Source of the DNA: Marsupella aquatica | Taxonomy: Eukaryota > Plantae > Marchantiophyta | Assembly: GCA_973895155.1 (NCBI GenBank) | Contig: OZ316893.1 | Coordinates: 14,228,645 to 14,292,644, forward strand | DNA: 64,000 nucleotides | Direction of reading: 5' to 3' | In this document: piece after piece, positions 37,601-49,917 of the stretch | Numbering within the stretch: the stretch's first letter is position 1 | Layout of the letters: every line of letters starts with the position of its first letter | Notes under the pieces: generated by a model | What the model was told of the DNA's origin: nothing | Databases searched by the model: none | The model's input: the letters and a program-made list of their open reading frames with translations, nothing else | Position numbers and translations under genes: made by a program

Positions 37601-37971
37601 TACAAATTCTTTTGTCTACTCCCCTTCAAAATCACTGTCTCTCCCGACCTGACTTGAAGTTCACCATCAATAACGCTCCATTGATGACCATTTGAATCCA
37701 ACACACCGAGTGAAATCAGATTCTTACGCATGCCAGGTACATACCTGACTCCGGACACTGTGCGCATAGCGCCATCAAATATTTGAATCTTCACAGACCC
37801 AATTCCCTCAATTTGACAGGAGTGATCATTTCCCATCAGAACTGAACCGTTTGAAATAGAGTAAGAACTGAAAAACTCACGAATGTAACAAATATGAAAA
37901 GAGCAAGCACAATCAAGAATCCACACATCATCTGCTCTCCTAGATGACGTGCACAGGGCATACCCCCGGCT
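34699..37971 (-). pseudogene. pol: Copia-1 Pol (PR-INT-RT-RH), one premature stop
   Basis: WILDCACSFH, WHSRLGH..CEHC, HSDVWGP, RSDNGGEY, QQNGVAER, KARLVAKG, LYVDDML, YVDSD, SRVKHIDVRYHF; TGG>TAG at 35260-35262. Confidence 0.95.
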
Positions 37972-39006
37972 TCATAAAACATACTCATCATTGAGTAAAT
38001 CAGCTTCTCCATCAGCCCTAGCCACATTTGCCGATGAAGTTTCCGCTGCCTTTCCCTTACAGTCTCGCTTGAAGTGTCCAACTTGGTTGCACTTCCAACA
38101 TGTCACCTGCCTCCTCTGAGGGGATTTACCCTTGGACTTAGATCTGGATTTAGATCTAAACTGGGTTCTACGGTCCCCAGTTGGTCGCTGCATACTCCTC
38201 CCACGGTTAACATTGAGGGCAGCACCAGATGATGAAGGCTGTGACGTGATGTGCATCTTCTGCTGAAGATCATCACTAAGCAGAGAACTTATCACGTCAT
38301 TGTATGAAATGGTATCCCTATCACGATGCAACAACACTCGTGATAGGGACTGGTAAGATGGAGGCAATGAACTAAGAAGCTGCAGAGCCTTCGTCTCATC
38401 ATTCAAAGTCTCCCCAAGGTTTTCCAAGTCAACGACCATGTCATTGAAAGCATCCACATGGTCTTGCAACTTCGTACCAGATTCCTTCATCCTGAAACTC
38501 ATCAGTTTGTAGGAAGTGTAGCGCCGGTTCGACAACTCCTTGCGGTGATACTTGCTCTGTAATTCCGCAAACAAGGACATGCAATCCTTATGTGCACCCA
38601 ACTGCTTGATGATGGGAGGCATGAGATAGAGTGTAACACACCACACTCCCTGCTCCTGCATGCGGTCCCATTGTTTCTCATCAACATCGTCTTCACGAGG
38701 GCTCAGCAGTTGGCCCATCCCTGACGCATAAAGCACTCCCTTCACCTGCTTCTCCCATAGCAAGTAGTCAGAGCGCCCATCATACTTTGTCACTTCATAC
38801 TTGGGTCCCCCAAGCTTGAAAGTCCCCATCTTCTTCTTTACCGTGAGCTCCGGTAGTAGTACTGCTTCCTCCACCACACGCCGCACCGGTGATGGTATCG
38901 GTGTCACGTGCTCTTCCTCCTGCTCCTCTCTCTGCCACTGAAACCTCCGCGGTGATCCTCGTGCTTCAAGTTCCACGTCTTCGAAAAACTCCTCCAAATC
39001 ACTCAT
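37972..39006 (-). CDS. gag: Copia-1 Gag (344 aa)
   Basis: KYDGRSDYLLW, LLSSLPPSY, zinc knuckle CWKCNQVGHFKRDC; ends in TGA in frame with pol. Confidence 0.95.
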   Translation of the reverse strand: MSDLEEFFEDVELEARGSPRRFQWQREEQEEEHVTPIPSPVRRVVEEAVLLPELTVKKKMGTFKLGGPKYEVTKYDGRSDYLLWEKQVKGVLYASGMGQLLSPREDDVDEKQWDRMQEQGVWCVTLYLMPPIIKQLGAHKDCMSLFAELQSKYHRKELSNRRYTSYKLMSFRMKESGTKLQDHVDAFNDMVVDLENLGETLNDETKALQLLSSLPPSYQSLSRVLLHRDRDTISYNDVISSLLSDDLQQKMHITSQPSSSGAALNVNRGRSMQRPTGDRRTQFRSKSRSKSKGKSPQRRQVTCWKCNQVGHFKRDCKGKAAETSSANVARADGEADLLNDEYVL

Positions 39007-39701
39007 ATGAGAAAGTCACAAAAAATGTTGTTTTTCACAACTTCTCAAAAAATTTGAAACTCAACACCGCCACGTAGCCCACAAAGCTAGGAGTCCAATA
39101 CTGAAAACCGAAATCAAAATCGAAATTTGACGGAAAAGTTATTCAAATTTCGGTCGAGGTGGGTAAAACCTTGGGAAACTCCCCCGTTTTGACCACCTCA
39201 GGGAATAACCAAAATACCAAGTACAACCCGTTGTCGAAATTGCGATGTGATTGGTGCGCTGCATTGCCAACTTCAATGGCTTGTCAACAACGAATGTTGA
39301 TCAATTGCACTTGGTGCCGTCACCAAGTCCAACAAGGTAATTGATTTTGCTTAGCCTTCCTCTTTGCATCAAAGAGCCAATCCCGGACTCAAAAACAATC
39401 GTCTTGCCTCAATCTCTCCGTTGAGTCAAAACACTTGACGCTTCTCCCTCCGAGTCGATTTCCAACTTTCTTCACAAAATCCAGAATGACAAAAACTTAG
39501 ATCTCTCTGCACCACGAGCTCCGTTCAACGATTTCTTCACACCGTTAGAAAGCTCTTGCCCTGATCTATCCGTTGAGCCCATAAACTCCAAGTTCCATGC
39601 GATGGAACTCTGGAAAATCCACCAATACTCAACGCTGGAAAAACCGTCATGAAATCCCGTCACGAACACACGTCACCTCCCAAGCATGCTCTGATACCAA
39701 T

Positions 39702-40104
39702 TGTTGAGCATAGACGACGATCGCAACGGCAAGCCCATGAACCATCCAACGCACAATAGTCGACACAAGAGATACGTGGTTCACCTCCTTGAGGCTACGT
39801 CCACGGGAACACACAAGAGAGCTTTACTGAACTCTAAGCCCGTCGGCTATACCGAGTCTCCACAGTGTAAGCTCTCCCTATCTCTCAAGTGGCTCCATAA
39901 CAATGAGCCTTGGTTCTACCTCTCCAAGCACACATGCCTCTTATGATATAGTGTGCAACTTAGTTGTACCTAACCACATAGTTGTACCTAACCACGTAGT
40001 TGTACCTAACCACATAGTTGTACCTAATCACGTAGTTGTACCAACCCACGTTGTTGTACCAACCACGTCATACCTAACCTAGACGTAAGAGTAAATACCC
40101 AACA
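39702..40104 (-). repeat. 5' LTR of copia-1
   Basis: Followed on the minus strand by AA and the PBS. Confidence 0.97.
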
Positions 40105-41267
40105 CAGGTAACTCGAGTACCACCTCCCGCCGCACGCATACCAAAGAGCCAAAGAGAACCTGAGCAGTCGCATCTCGCACAGCGTCGTGAACAATAATGG
40201 TTTCACCTCCCAAACTGCACCGAAGAAGATGGACACCTGTGGCATCACAAGGCTTCCCACAAGTGCAAGAAGGAGGTAAACCTGCAAGAAGTGGGTGGGG
40301 CAGCCCCAGACGAAGACGCATGGCTGTGGAGAACTCCGTTGAAGACATCCGCAAATGAGGAATGACTGGATTGGCCTGAAGCCATCCACCTGCGCCCTTC
40401 CCTCCGGAAGAAAGAATCCGAGCTCGGTCCGTGTCAGGTGCCTCGGAGAGGATGCTGGAAAGGGTGAAAGTGTGCATACGCCCAGCGAGGTCTGCCTGAA
40501 GACGAACGGGATCCAAGGATAAAAACTCCTGGAAAGAAGGTAACGCGGCGCGAACGGGATCTGGTAATGAGGACCGCGCTGCGCGCAAATGAACCTGAAA
40601 CGGGAGGGAACCCTCCTCTACCTCCATGAGAGATGAAAGTAAAAAAGGGCGATCCTCAATAAGAAAACGATCGGCCAACAACGAGAAGGCGGCCGCCCAT
40701 GCACCCAAAAAGGCCAAAGGTGCAAGGCTCTCAATGGAAGTAAGCCCAAAACCACCCTGCGAAATAGGAAGACTGAGTTGTCGATGAAGCCACGGAGATG
40801 AGAGCAACGTACCCGGACCTAAAAGAGAGGCCAGGGTCTGATGAATGGAGACATCAAATGCTCGAAGGTGGAGACAAAGATCCTCGGTAGGGGGATGCGT
40901 CCTAGCCAGATAAGACGCACGAGGGTGGATGCACCTCAACAACATCCCAAATGCTGCCTGAGAATCTGCTAACTTAGGGAGCATAGGAGTATGGGCTAAG
41001 GCAGCCTGTATAGAGTCAGCGATGAAAGATGAGCAAAAGGAGGCGGTACCGACTGGGGAGCCAAAGACCCGAAGACCATCGGCTGGACGTAAGAACCCTG
41101 GGGGAAGCACAAGCTCAGAGGGTAACCCAGCTGGACTCCATGCACGACTCTTCACAGGCTGAACTCGTAAACCGAGGCCCATCAAATGGGTGGAAAGAGT
41201 GGCGAGGGCAAAAGTAACCGCGGCAGGAGGACCAATGATGTGGGTGTCATCTGAAAGGGAGGGGAAG
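40105..41267 (-). pseudogene. CRE copy A RT C-terminal half, linker and CCHC segment
   Basis: Open frame FPSLSDD...LRVFGSPVG...GGFGL...CTCGKPCDATGVHLLRC...REVVLELP; nearly identical to copy B. Confidence 0.88.
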
Positions 41268-41902
41268 TCTTTGGTTCCATTTTCATTGTGATGAACTTTT
41301 TGGCTCAGAGTTAAGTTTTTAAAGGTTTTTTTTTGTTTTTTCTCCTTCATTGAGTTTAACTTGCCTCCGCATTTTTTTGGTTTTTCTTGCACTGTGATAA
41401 CTTTGCATGCGGTCAGGCCGACGAGCAGCTTCTTCGAGGCGGGACCCACAAAATTAAATGGGTCTTCAGGGTGATACGTGTCGAAGTACAAAGTGACAAA
41501 CCCTGTGATAGGGTTGCCCAAATACCCAATTGCCCATCGTGCATTTTCACTTTTGAGAGAGCACTTGGACGGTCGATGCTGTTACCATTAATGATACCGT
41601 TGAGAGGAAATTTTGAACAACGGGTTTGACCGCTGAAATACCGCCTGTTGACTAGTGACTGCGTTAAGCCCGCAGTTCAGAAACATTCGAACTACAGTTT
41701 GCCAGAGAGCAGACACAGTCGTGTCATTTGAACAGCTGGATTTGCCAAAATGGTCGTAAATGCTTTGAAGTTACTGTACGGTAAGGATCGCACAGTTGGT
41801 TCGTAGAGTGACCTCTGCATAAGTGCAACTCGTGCTTATTCGCAGCAAAGTGACCTCTGCACAAATGCAACTCGTGGTTTGAAGTTGCTATGGAATCTAT
41901 GT

Positions 41903-42213
41903 GGTGTTCACCATATTTAGTGTTACTCATGCTATTTCAAGAGGAGACAAATGGCTCTACTCATATTAGTGTTACTCACACCAATTCTGTGCACATGAAG
42001 TAATGTTATGTTGGTCTCAAGAGTGAAGAATGGTTGAAAAAAACTACTCTGAAAACCCCCACAAAATAAGTACTACTTTGGACTCAAGTTCACCCATTTC
42101 TTACAAGCACTATAAACAAAAATGAAAAAATAATCTTGAATTAGTACTACTCTGGACTCAAGATCACTTTCACATTAATTATTGTTAGTAACACTAATTA
42201 CTGTGAACAGTGC
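41903..42213. mobile_element. Diverged copy of the 18115-18549 MITE family
   Basis: tgttcaccatatttagtgttac...aacactaattactgtgaacagtg, with colinear interior (gaaaac..caca, tactttggact, ttacaagca). Confidence 0.7.
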
Positions 42214-44122
42214 ATTTTATTCATGAAGTGATATATGCATAGGTGTAGCTCGTGTTTTGAAGTTACTATAGTATACAGAATAACATAATAGATTTGTAGA
42301 TTGACCTCTGGATAAGTGCAACTCTTAGGGCCAACATTCACAAGGGTGCAATTAGCTTAGCTTCACAAGAAGTCAGGGCAAAAGCAACCACTGTAATAGA
42401 TGACCATTCTTGTTCTAAAGAAATACTCACATAACAAAAATACTTGAAATTAAATTCACTGAATACAAATACCTTGAATTTTTGGAATTGGAATATGAAG
42501 CCTGGGGGGACTGAGGACCTTGCCATGAACCTCCCATGGGTTTCCAAAGCTGGGATGGATTGATTTAGAACATCAAAAAATGCTTGTATAGCACTATTTA
42601 CAGTTTTCATTGAAAAGGGACCTGAAAACCAGCTCCTGACTGTTTGCAGCCGGTTACCATTAACTTATGTGGTAGTAACTAGTAACTCACAGCTCATGCA
42701 CAAAAAACTCAGGGTGGTCCTTCACATAAGTGTATATGTAGGTCCCAAAACGGTAAGTTGGTGTTAATGCCCAAGCTACTCAGGGTGTCTTTCACAAAAG
42801 TCCTTCAAAGTGGTGGGTCACTTGTACTCATGCCCAAGCTATTTGGTTAACTCTTCACAAAAGTGAGGCACCTGATGACAATTGCTTACCATTTGTGCAC
42901 TTATCGGCAATGGGGCAAATGATCTCAGAAAAAACTTTGTCAGGTAATAGACATCAGAGAGCATGTTGCAATTCTTTGAGCTTATACAAACATCCAAAAG
43001 TTGTCCAAATGAATGTTAAATTCAGCCAGAAACCAGATGCACAAGTCTGCCAAAAATCAGCATTTTACAGTTGGTGGGGCCACCTGGAATACTACTATAT
43101 AAGTACCAAACCTGAATGGGTCACAGAGTTCTTGTAAAGCCAACTGCAGTTGTTCCACTCATTATAGAGTCCAAACTCTTAGAGGGAATCAAAAGAAAAG
43201 AATCAATGGGCTCCCAACATCTTGTAAAGCCACCCTTACATAGGGTTTGCATATATCCATCATTGAAAGAGAACTAGAGGCATTGACAACTTTGACAGTC
43301 GAGTGTTTGAGGAGTGTGTATGTAGACAGTCAAAGTGCACATGTCAGCTCTCCAGAATTCTTTGGCGCATTTGTTTATCTTGTCATACTATTTAGATGTG
43401 GTGCATTACGCAGAGGTCACTGTACTAAGGTATCTCTCTTGCGCTTTGACTGCTGATTGCAAATAGTCACCACACCCTTTTTTTTTCCCCTTTTTTTCCA
43501 AGTTTGAAAACAAAACAAAAACTTGGCAATTTACTAAAGTGGCCACTGTGGAGAAGACCAGCGGGGCACAAAACAATACAAGCCAAGGGCAAGGACACAC
43601 CCCAACTGATGCCATAACGCCAACATCACAACAGTCCTCAAAGCCATCTTCAGACAGAAGGGCCAAGAGATAACTAAAACCAAAAACAAGGGAGAGCACC
43701 TCCCAATGGTTTAGGAGTCACCACACCCCTCAGCTGTGTAGTTAAGCCTTTCTTATATCCTCCTCAAAAGCCAATTAGGTCTCCATAGTTATGCCCCCTA
43801 CACAGTTGTTTTGGTTTTGGAAAAGATGCAGGGCCGTCAATATCAGACAAGGGGACAAGAGCCACTCAAGAACATAGAACAAAAGGCATACGGGCCAATG
43901 GGCTGGAAAACTGGCAAACAAATGCTAATTAATCAGGCCATGACGTCCTGAAAAACCATAATAGAGTGGCTCTCTCAAGATCCCAGTCATTCATCCTGCT
44001 ATTGCCCCCCTACACAGTCGGTACACACTTTGCAATTAATAGAATAGCTTTGAGCTCTGAGCTATGTAATGTACACAAAAGGTAACAACCAATGAAAATT
44101 TATGTAGGTTATATAATACGTT

Positions 44123-44234
44123 AGTTATAGGTTGGATGTTAGTTTGACAATATACTTTTCAAACCCAGGTTAAGGGTAAGTTATAGGTTGAATGTTAGTT
44201 TGACAATATACTTTTCAAACCCAGGTTAAGGGTA
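44123..44234. repeat. 56-bp tandem duplication
   Basis: agttataggttg(g/a)atgttagtttgacaatatacttttcaaacccaggttaagggta x2. Confidence 0.95.
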
Positions 44235-45764
44235 ACTGTGCCATTATTTTGAAATGTCAAGAGTAGAAAAAGAATTACATGCTTTAATCATGTGAATTCA
44301 AAAAGGACAATATGGAAGTTGATGCTCTGATGGACCACATTGTTTGACCATGCAATCCATGAGTACCTGGCAGCTTTTGCGACCCAAAAGTATGACCATT
44401 CTACAATGAAAGTTACTATTTCCATTCAAAGCACTGTTTGAATAAACTCTCTCGGGGAGTTTTGGGATTATTTGTGCAACAAAACTACTACGCAGAATTC
44501 CTCAGAAAGTGGGCCGTGATGTAGTCAACGAGTTTACTATCGAGAACTGTGGTACACCATTGGAAGATAAGAAGCACACTTTCTTTTCACAGAATTTCCC
44601 GTTTCTTGTTTCCCTCCTAGAGGGCTGAGTTTGATTTTCCCCTCCTCTCCTCTCCTCTCCTCTCCTCATCCGGCTCATCCCCAACTAGTGTTAAGTGACT
44701 GAACAAAACAGAAAAGGGATATCACACTCATCGAGATTCTCTAGGACAAACAAATCGATTTCATGTCCTTGCCCAAAGGTTTGAGCTCCTGGCTATGGAG
44801 TTCAGACTGTAGCACAGTTTTTGCGCCACTTCGATTACCCTCCCGCACTCAGTTTTTCTCGGAATCCAGTTTTCTCAGTTGCATTAGCTTGCTCTTGCCG
44901 AGGCGCATCAAATCGATATAAAACACGTCCAAAACGGTGCCGTATCGACATACTTATGGTCACATTCGTTTTCGTCATTTTTCAGTCATTTTTCTGCGAT
45001 TTTCGTCTTCCTTTCGACGGTCATATCTTGGTCAATCTTTCACGGATTTCAACTTTCTCAAGTGCTTTGTATAGCTCTTCTCTGGGAGCATCAGATTGAT
45101 CCCAAGAGCGGTCCAATTGGTCTCCTATTACCCCGATTGGACTTTGATTAGCTCTCACGTTTTTTCTTCAATTTCCACCGTTCTCACTTTCAATTAGCTT
45201 TGGTGTCCTGTAGCAGTTCCTTGTTCACGGAATCCGACATTCTCATGTGATTTGGCCAGCTCTTGTCCGGGAGTGCAACATCTATCCCTACCGCGGTCCT
45301 TTTGGTGACATATCAACCACTTTCGGCTCCGATTACGATTCTGATTTACTCCTCCATTTTTGGTGACAATTTCCCTTGAACAGCTTTGGAGCATTCATGT
45401 ATTGCCTCGTTTCTCCTCCGATTGGTGGTTGCCTTTCTTCTTCAGTTCTGACCAGGTGGCTTTCGCCAAGTTTAGTGGACCAGTTTGCATTCCACCATCT
45501 TCGGGAGCTGTAGCAGCACGCTCAAATCAGCGGAGAGATATTCACTTGCACCGACTCCTCAATGGACACATCGACGAGTGCTCCAGCTTTGTTCTTGGGT
45601 GTGCCTGCACGTGCTCAACGGTTTTCTAGGCTAGCGGTGGCGCCGTTTCTCGGATTTTGACGCGGTGGGCTCTCTCCATAGCCTTCCCTTTCTTTTCACA
45701 TGTCTTGGTTGGGCCTTTTGTCGCTTCTTGATGCGCTTTTGCTTTTATCGGGTTGCGATCTGTC

Positions 45765-48014
45765 ATGTCTACGTTGAGAGTGTTGGCGCGGGACAGTTCT
45801 CCCCCCTCCTCCCCCCCGCCTCGTGGTCGCCTTCGTGTTTGCTCTTCTTCATTGGATCTCTCTCATCTTCGTGATGACCCCATGCCCGATGCTCTGCCAG
45901 TCCCCCCAGTCTACTGCCCACCCCATCGACGCCCTGGCTCCTCTTCCCACCCCATTCCCCCTCCACCCCTCCAGCATCCCCCTCCGGCCTCTTCATCCAC
46001 GTCGGTTCCCCCCCCCACCTCCTGTCCAGTCGTTCCCTGCTCCCTCCCCAGACGAGCGTCCCCTACATACTTGTCCTAAGTGTGGCTGGGTAGGCCTCTC
46101 CCTTCCTCATCACCGCGGGCGGGGCCGGTGCCAACGTCGCCACCAAGCACAATCCCAGCCCCAACCCCCTCTTGACCCAGTTAGCTCTGCCCCTCCTTCC
46201 TTGGAGACTTCCGAGCAGGCATGGAGTTGGGTTCGCTCTCTAGACCCCCTTCCAGCCTACCATCTAGGGTACATTAGACCTCGCCTTTATAACCACATCC
46301 CACTAGCGTTGCGCCCATTAGTTCGGTCATCCTTGTTGCAACTCATGCAGCTTATCTTGGCGCATCCTATCGAGGTCTCCTATTGGTCTTTACTCATGCT
46401 TTTTCCACAGTGGACTCTTACCCTCCCTAGTCACGGTGGTCGCGTGGGTCATCGTGAGACTGCCTCTCGTATCCATCGTTTTCTGCGGGGAGATTGGGAA
46501 CAGCTTTAGGAAGAGTACTTTCTTCGAGCCCGTTCCTTTACTACCCGTGCTTTGTCTGACCCAGCTCGCCACTCTCATCCTCCAGAGCATAGACATCTTC
46601 GTCGCTCTTGTCGTTTAGCCCAGGCTGGTGAATATCGTCGTGCGGTCCAGGCCCTTTCTCCCACCACACCAGCCCCCCCTGGCGAGGTCACCTTGACGGC
46701 CCTTCAGGATCTCCATCCGCAGCCCTATGATCAGCTCCTTTTGTTCGTGGAGGATTTTGAGCCTGAGGAGGATCTTCAGTTTAGTAGGGACCACTTCACC
46801 TATGCTTTCCTCCATGCTTCGCGTTGCGCGGCTGGTGGCCCCTCTGGCTATGTCTTTGAGCATTTTCGTGATTTATTCCCCCCTGAGGATCCTCAGTCTG
46901 GTTTTCCAGTTTTCTTCTCCTTTTGCCAGTGTATTGCTGCCGGCCGTTTGCCTCCTCCCGTCTCTCGGCTTTTGAGTGTTTCTCGTTTATTGGCCATGGC
47001 TAAGTCTTCACCGGGTGTTCGGCCCATAGCTATTGGAGAGGTTTTTCTTCGTCTGGTGTCTTGCACACTTTCATCGCAGTATCGCTCTGCACTATCGGAT
47101 CATCTCTCTCCACATCAGTTTGTAGTGGGCGTTCCTGGCGGTTGTGAGACAGTTATTGCGGGTATTTGTACTACCTTGGACCTCCACCCTGATTGGGTTG
47201 TCCTCCAGGTTGATGTCTCCAATGCTTTCAATATGGTTTCTCGGGCAGCAATTTTTCGTGCTTTGAGGGCAGCGGATAAAGACATCCAGTCCCTTATCCC
47301 CTTTGTCCGTTGTTTTTATGGGTTCGAGGCCCCCCTCTTCTATAGTCATCACACTTCTACAGGAGTGTATACCACTCTTTCTTCTGCAAAAGCTCCACGT
47401 CAGGGTGACCCTCTGGGTGGGCCTCTTTTTGCCATTGCCCATTTTACTGCTTTACGGGAAGCCTTCGCGGCCCACCCCCAGTGTATCTTCCCCTCCCTTT
47501 CAGATGACACCCACATCATTGGTCCACCTGTTGCTGTTACTTCTGCCCTCGCCACCCTTTCCACCCATTTGTTAGGCCTCGGTTTACGAGTTCAGCCGGT
47601 GAAGAGTCGTGCATGGAGTCCAGCTGGGTTACCCTCTGATCTTGCGCTTCCCCCTGGGTTCTTACATCCAGCCGACGGTCTTCGGGTCCTTGGCTCCCCA
47701 GTCGGTACCGCCTCCTTTTGCTCATCTTTCATTGCTGACGCTCTCCAGGCTGCCTTAGCCCCTACTCCTATGCTCCCTAAGTTAGCAGACTCTCAAGCAG
47801 CATTTGGGTTGTTGTTGTGATGCATCCACCCTTGTGCGTCCTATTTGGCTCGGATGCATCCCCTATCGAGGATCTTTATCTACACCTCCGAGTGTTTGAT
47901 GTCTCCATTCGTGAGACTTTGGCCTCTCTTTTAGGGCCAGGTACTTTGCTCTCATCTCCGTGGCTTCATCGACAACTCAGTCTTCCTATTTCTCACGGTG
48001 GTTTTGGGCTTACT
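45765..48014 (+). pseudogene. CRE copy B ORF, N-terminal and RT part
   Basis: Frameshift ~46010, stops at 46507 (TAG) and 47818 (CGA>TGA versus copy A), 1-bp deletion ~47860. Confidence 0.88.
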
Positions 48015-48358
48015 TGTTAGATATTGCTCTAGTCTTGTGACTCTTGTGCTAACCACAATTAGGCTAACTCGGGTTAGGACCTAGCTAAGGTTAGCGGTAG
48101 TGTTGTTGTGCATATAGCCAGGGCTGATGCCAGACCCTGGTGGAACAAAGGCTCATTGTTACGGAGCTAGTTGAGAGATAGGGAGAGCTTGTGTTGTGGA
48201 TGCTTGGTATGGCCGGTCGGCCTAGAGTGCAGTAAAGCTCTTGTGTGTTCCCGTGGACGTAGCCTCATGTGGAGGTGAACCACGTATCTCTCTGTGTCGA
48301 CTATTGTGCGTTGGATGGTTCATGGGCTTGCCGTTACAAATGTCGTCTATACTCAACA
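48015..48358 (+). repeat. 5' LTR of copia-2
   Basis: TGTTAG...CTCAACA followed by AG and the PBS. Confidence 0.97.
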
Positions 48359-49917
48359 AGTGGTATCAGAGCATGCCTGGGAGGTGACGAGGTTTTTTCG
48401 TGACGTGTTTTTCCAGCGTTCATTGTCGATGGCACATTCGGAGTTTCGTCGCATGAAACTTGAATGTGTGTGGCTGAGCGGATAGGTTAGTGAGAGGGAT
48501 TTCTAACGGTGGTTAGAACTCGCTGATCGGTATCCGTGGTGCAGAGGAATCAAAGTCTGCGTCGTTCAGGGTTTATTCGTGTTCGACGGGATTTCGGGGG
48601 AGAGACCAGAATTCGCGTTTTCAACAGTGTGAGCTGTGCGGTGCGGGAGACGTCGCATGTTGTAGCTCAAGTTGAAGGTTGAAGCAAGCTGATCGTTTCG
48701 GTAGTTGATTTATTGTCGAGTTGTTACCGAGTGCGACATGACGAGTGACGGAGGCGTTCAGGTTTTTTCAGAAGCTATGGAGCTTGTTCTCATCTGAACC
48801 GGGTTTCTCTTCGTGACGTCCGACTCGGTGGAACAACGCAAAGTGCTACGGCTCAACGGTTTGATCGCGGCGAAGCGGTCGTTTTGAGTCTGGGATTGGC
48901 ACTTGACACGGAGTGAGTGTGATGCAGTGGAAATTTTTTTCTCTGCTGGAGCTGTAGACTGTGCTGATGCAATTCGACAACATTTCCTGTCGGCGGCGTT
49001 CACTTTACTCGTGAGAAGCAGCGGCGTTGAAGGTGTGTAAACGGCTTTTTTGTTTTAAAGTCAAATCTTGGCTTTGGTTAGGGCCACTTTTGGTGTGTAT
49101 ACACACCCTCCCGGCCCTTGGTCCCCCATCGTTTCCCCTTGTACGCCCGACCCCCCCGCACCTTGTTCCCCTCATCCTTCAGCCGCGGCGACGAGCTGCG
49201 CAACACCGGCCGGCGCTTTTTGCGCGCTCGTACGCCCTCCGCCATATTGTGTTGATCGCTACCGCAGCACCGCCCTGTCATCGTATGCCCAGCCCTTTGC
49301 GGCTCTACGCCGCTTGTACGCGGCTGTACCCTCATCCCGCCCCGACGCCGGCCATACGCCCTTCATACCCCCGGCCCTTTATGGGGTATTTTAGGCTTTA
49401 AGGGGCTTAAGCACCCCCTTTAGTGCCCATTTTTAGCCTTTTTTCCCTCTCATTAGTTTGTCCCATGTGTCGGGACCTGCCGCCCTTCATTTTAACCGCT
49501 TGGACAGGGGGAACTGCCCCCTGTGAGACCTGCTGTACTGTGCGGGAATATTCCCAAAAAACAGAGAGCTGTTTTTCAGCCTCCGACAAAGATTCCGTCC
49601 GCCGAAGGGTAACTTTTTTAGTTCTTTTTTGGTGAGGACGTTGCCACTGGAGTTAGTACCGCGGCGCACCGATCCCATCGCGATTCCGACGACAGGTTGT
49701 ACTGGGTATTTTGGTTATTCTCCGAGGTGGTCAAAACGGGGGAGTTTCCCTAGGTTTTACCCACCCTGACCGAAATTTGAATAACTTTTCCGTCAAATTT
49801 TGGTTTTGATTTTGGCTTTCAGTATTGGACTCCTAGCTTTGTGGGCTACGCGGTGGTGTTGAGTTTTGAGTTTTATGAGAAGTTTCAAAAAAAGACTTTT
49901 TTTTGTGATTGTTTCAT

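Larger units (their letters stand above)
34106..40104 (-). mobile_element. Full-length Ty1/copia LTR retrotransposon (copia-1), very recent
   Basis: Identical 403-bp LTRs (34106-34508, 39702-40104), TSD CAGGT (34101-34105 / 40105-40109), PBS TGGTATCAGAGC (tRNA-iMet, 39688-39699), PPT AAGGGGAAGA, order gag-PR-INT-RT-RH. Confidence 0.98.
33348..41266 (-). mobile_element. 5'-truncated CRE-like non-LTR retrotransposon (copy A), interrupted by a copia element
   Basis: Begins at RT motif FPSLSDDTHIIG; later CTCG...HLLRC, HDAVRD, RVDL...LADVVV, KEAKY, PLAVELFG; stop at 33610; 3' UTR shared with copy B; possible TSD GTCTTT (33342-33347 / 41267-41272). Confidence 0.88.

Noticed and set aside
37972-37974. 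UGA as selenocysteine
   Set aside because: Land plants lack Sec machinery, and no SECIS was recognised.
40079-41521. 480-aa ORF as a novel chimeric gene
   Set aside because: TTG start; about 85 codons of flank happen to be open into the truncated CRE frame, and the ORF ends inside the copia LTR.
41620-41676. ACTAGT with neighbouring CTGCG/CGCAG hairpin as a second Helitron end
   Set aside because: Spacing is atypical and no matching 5' end was found.
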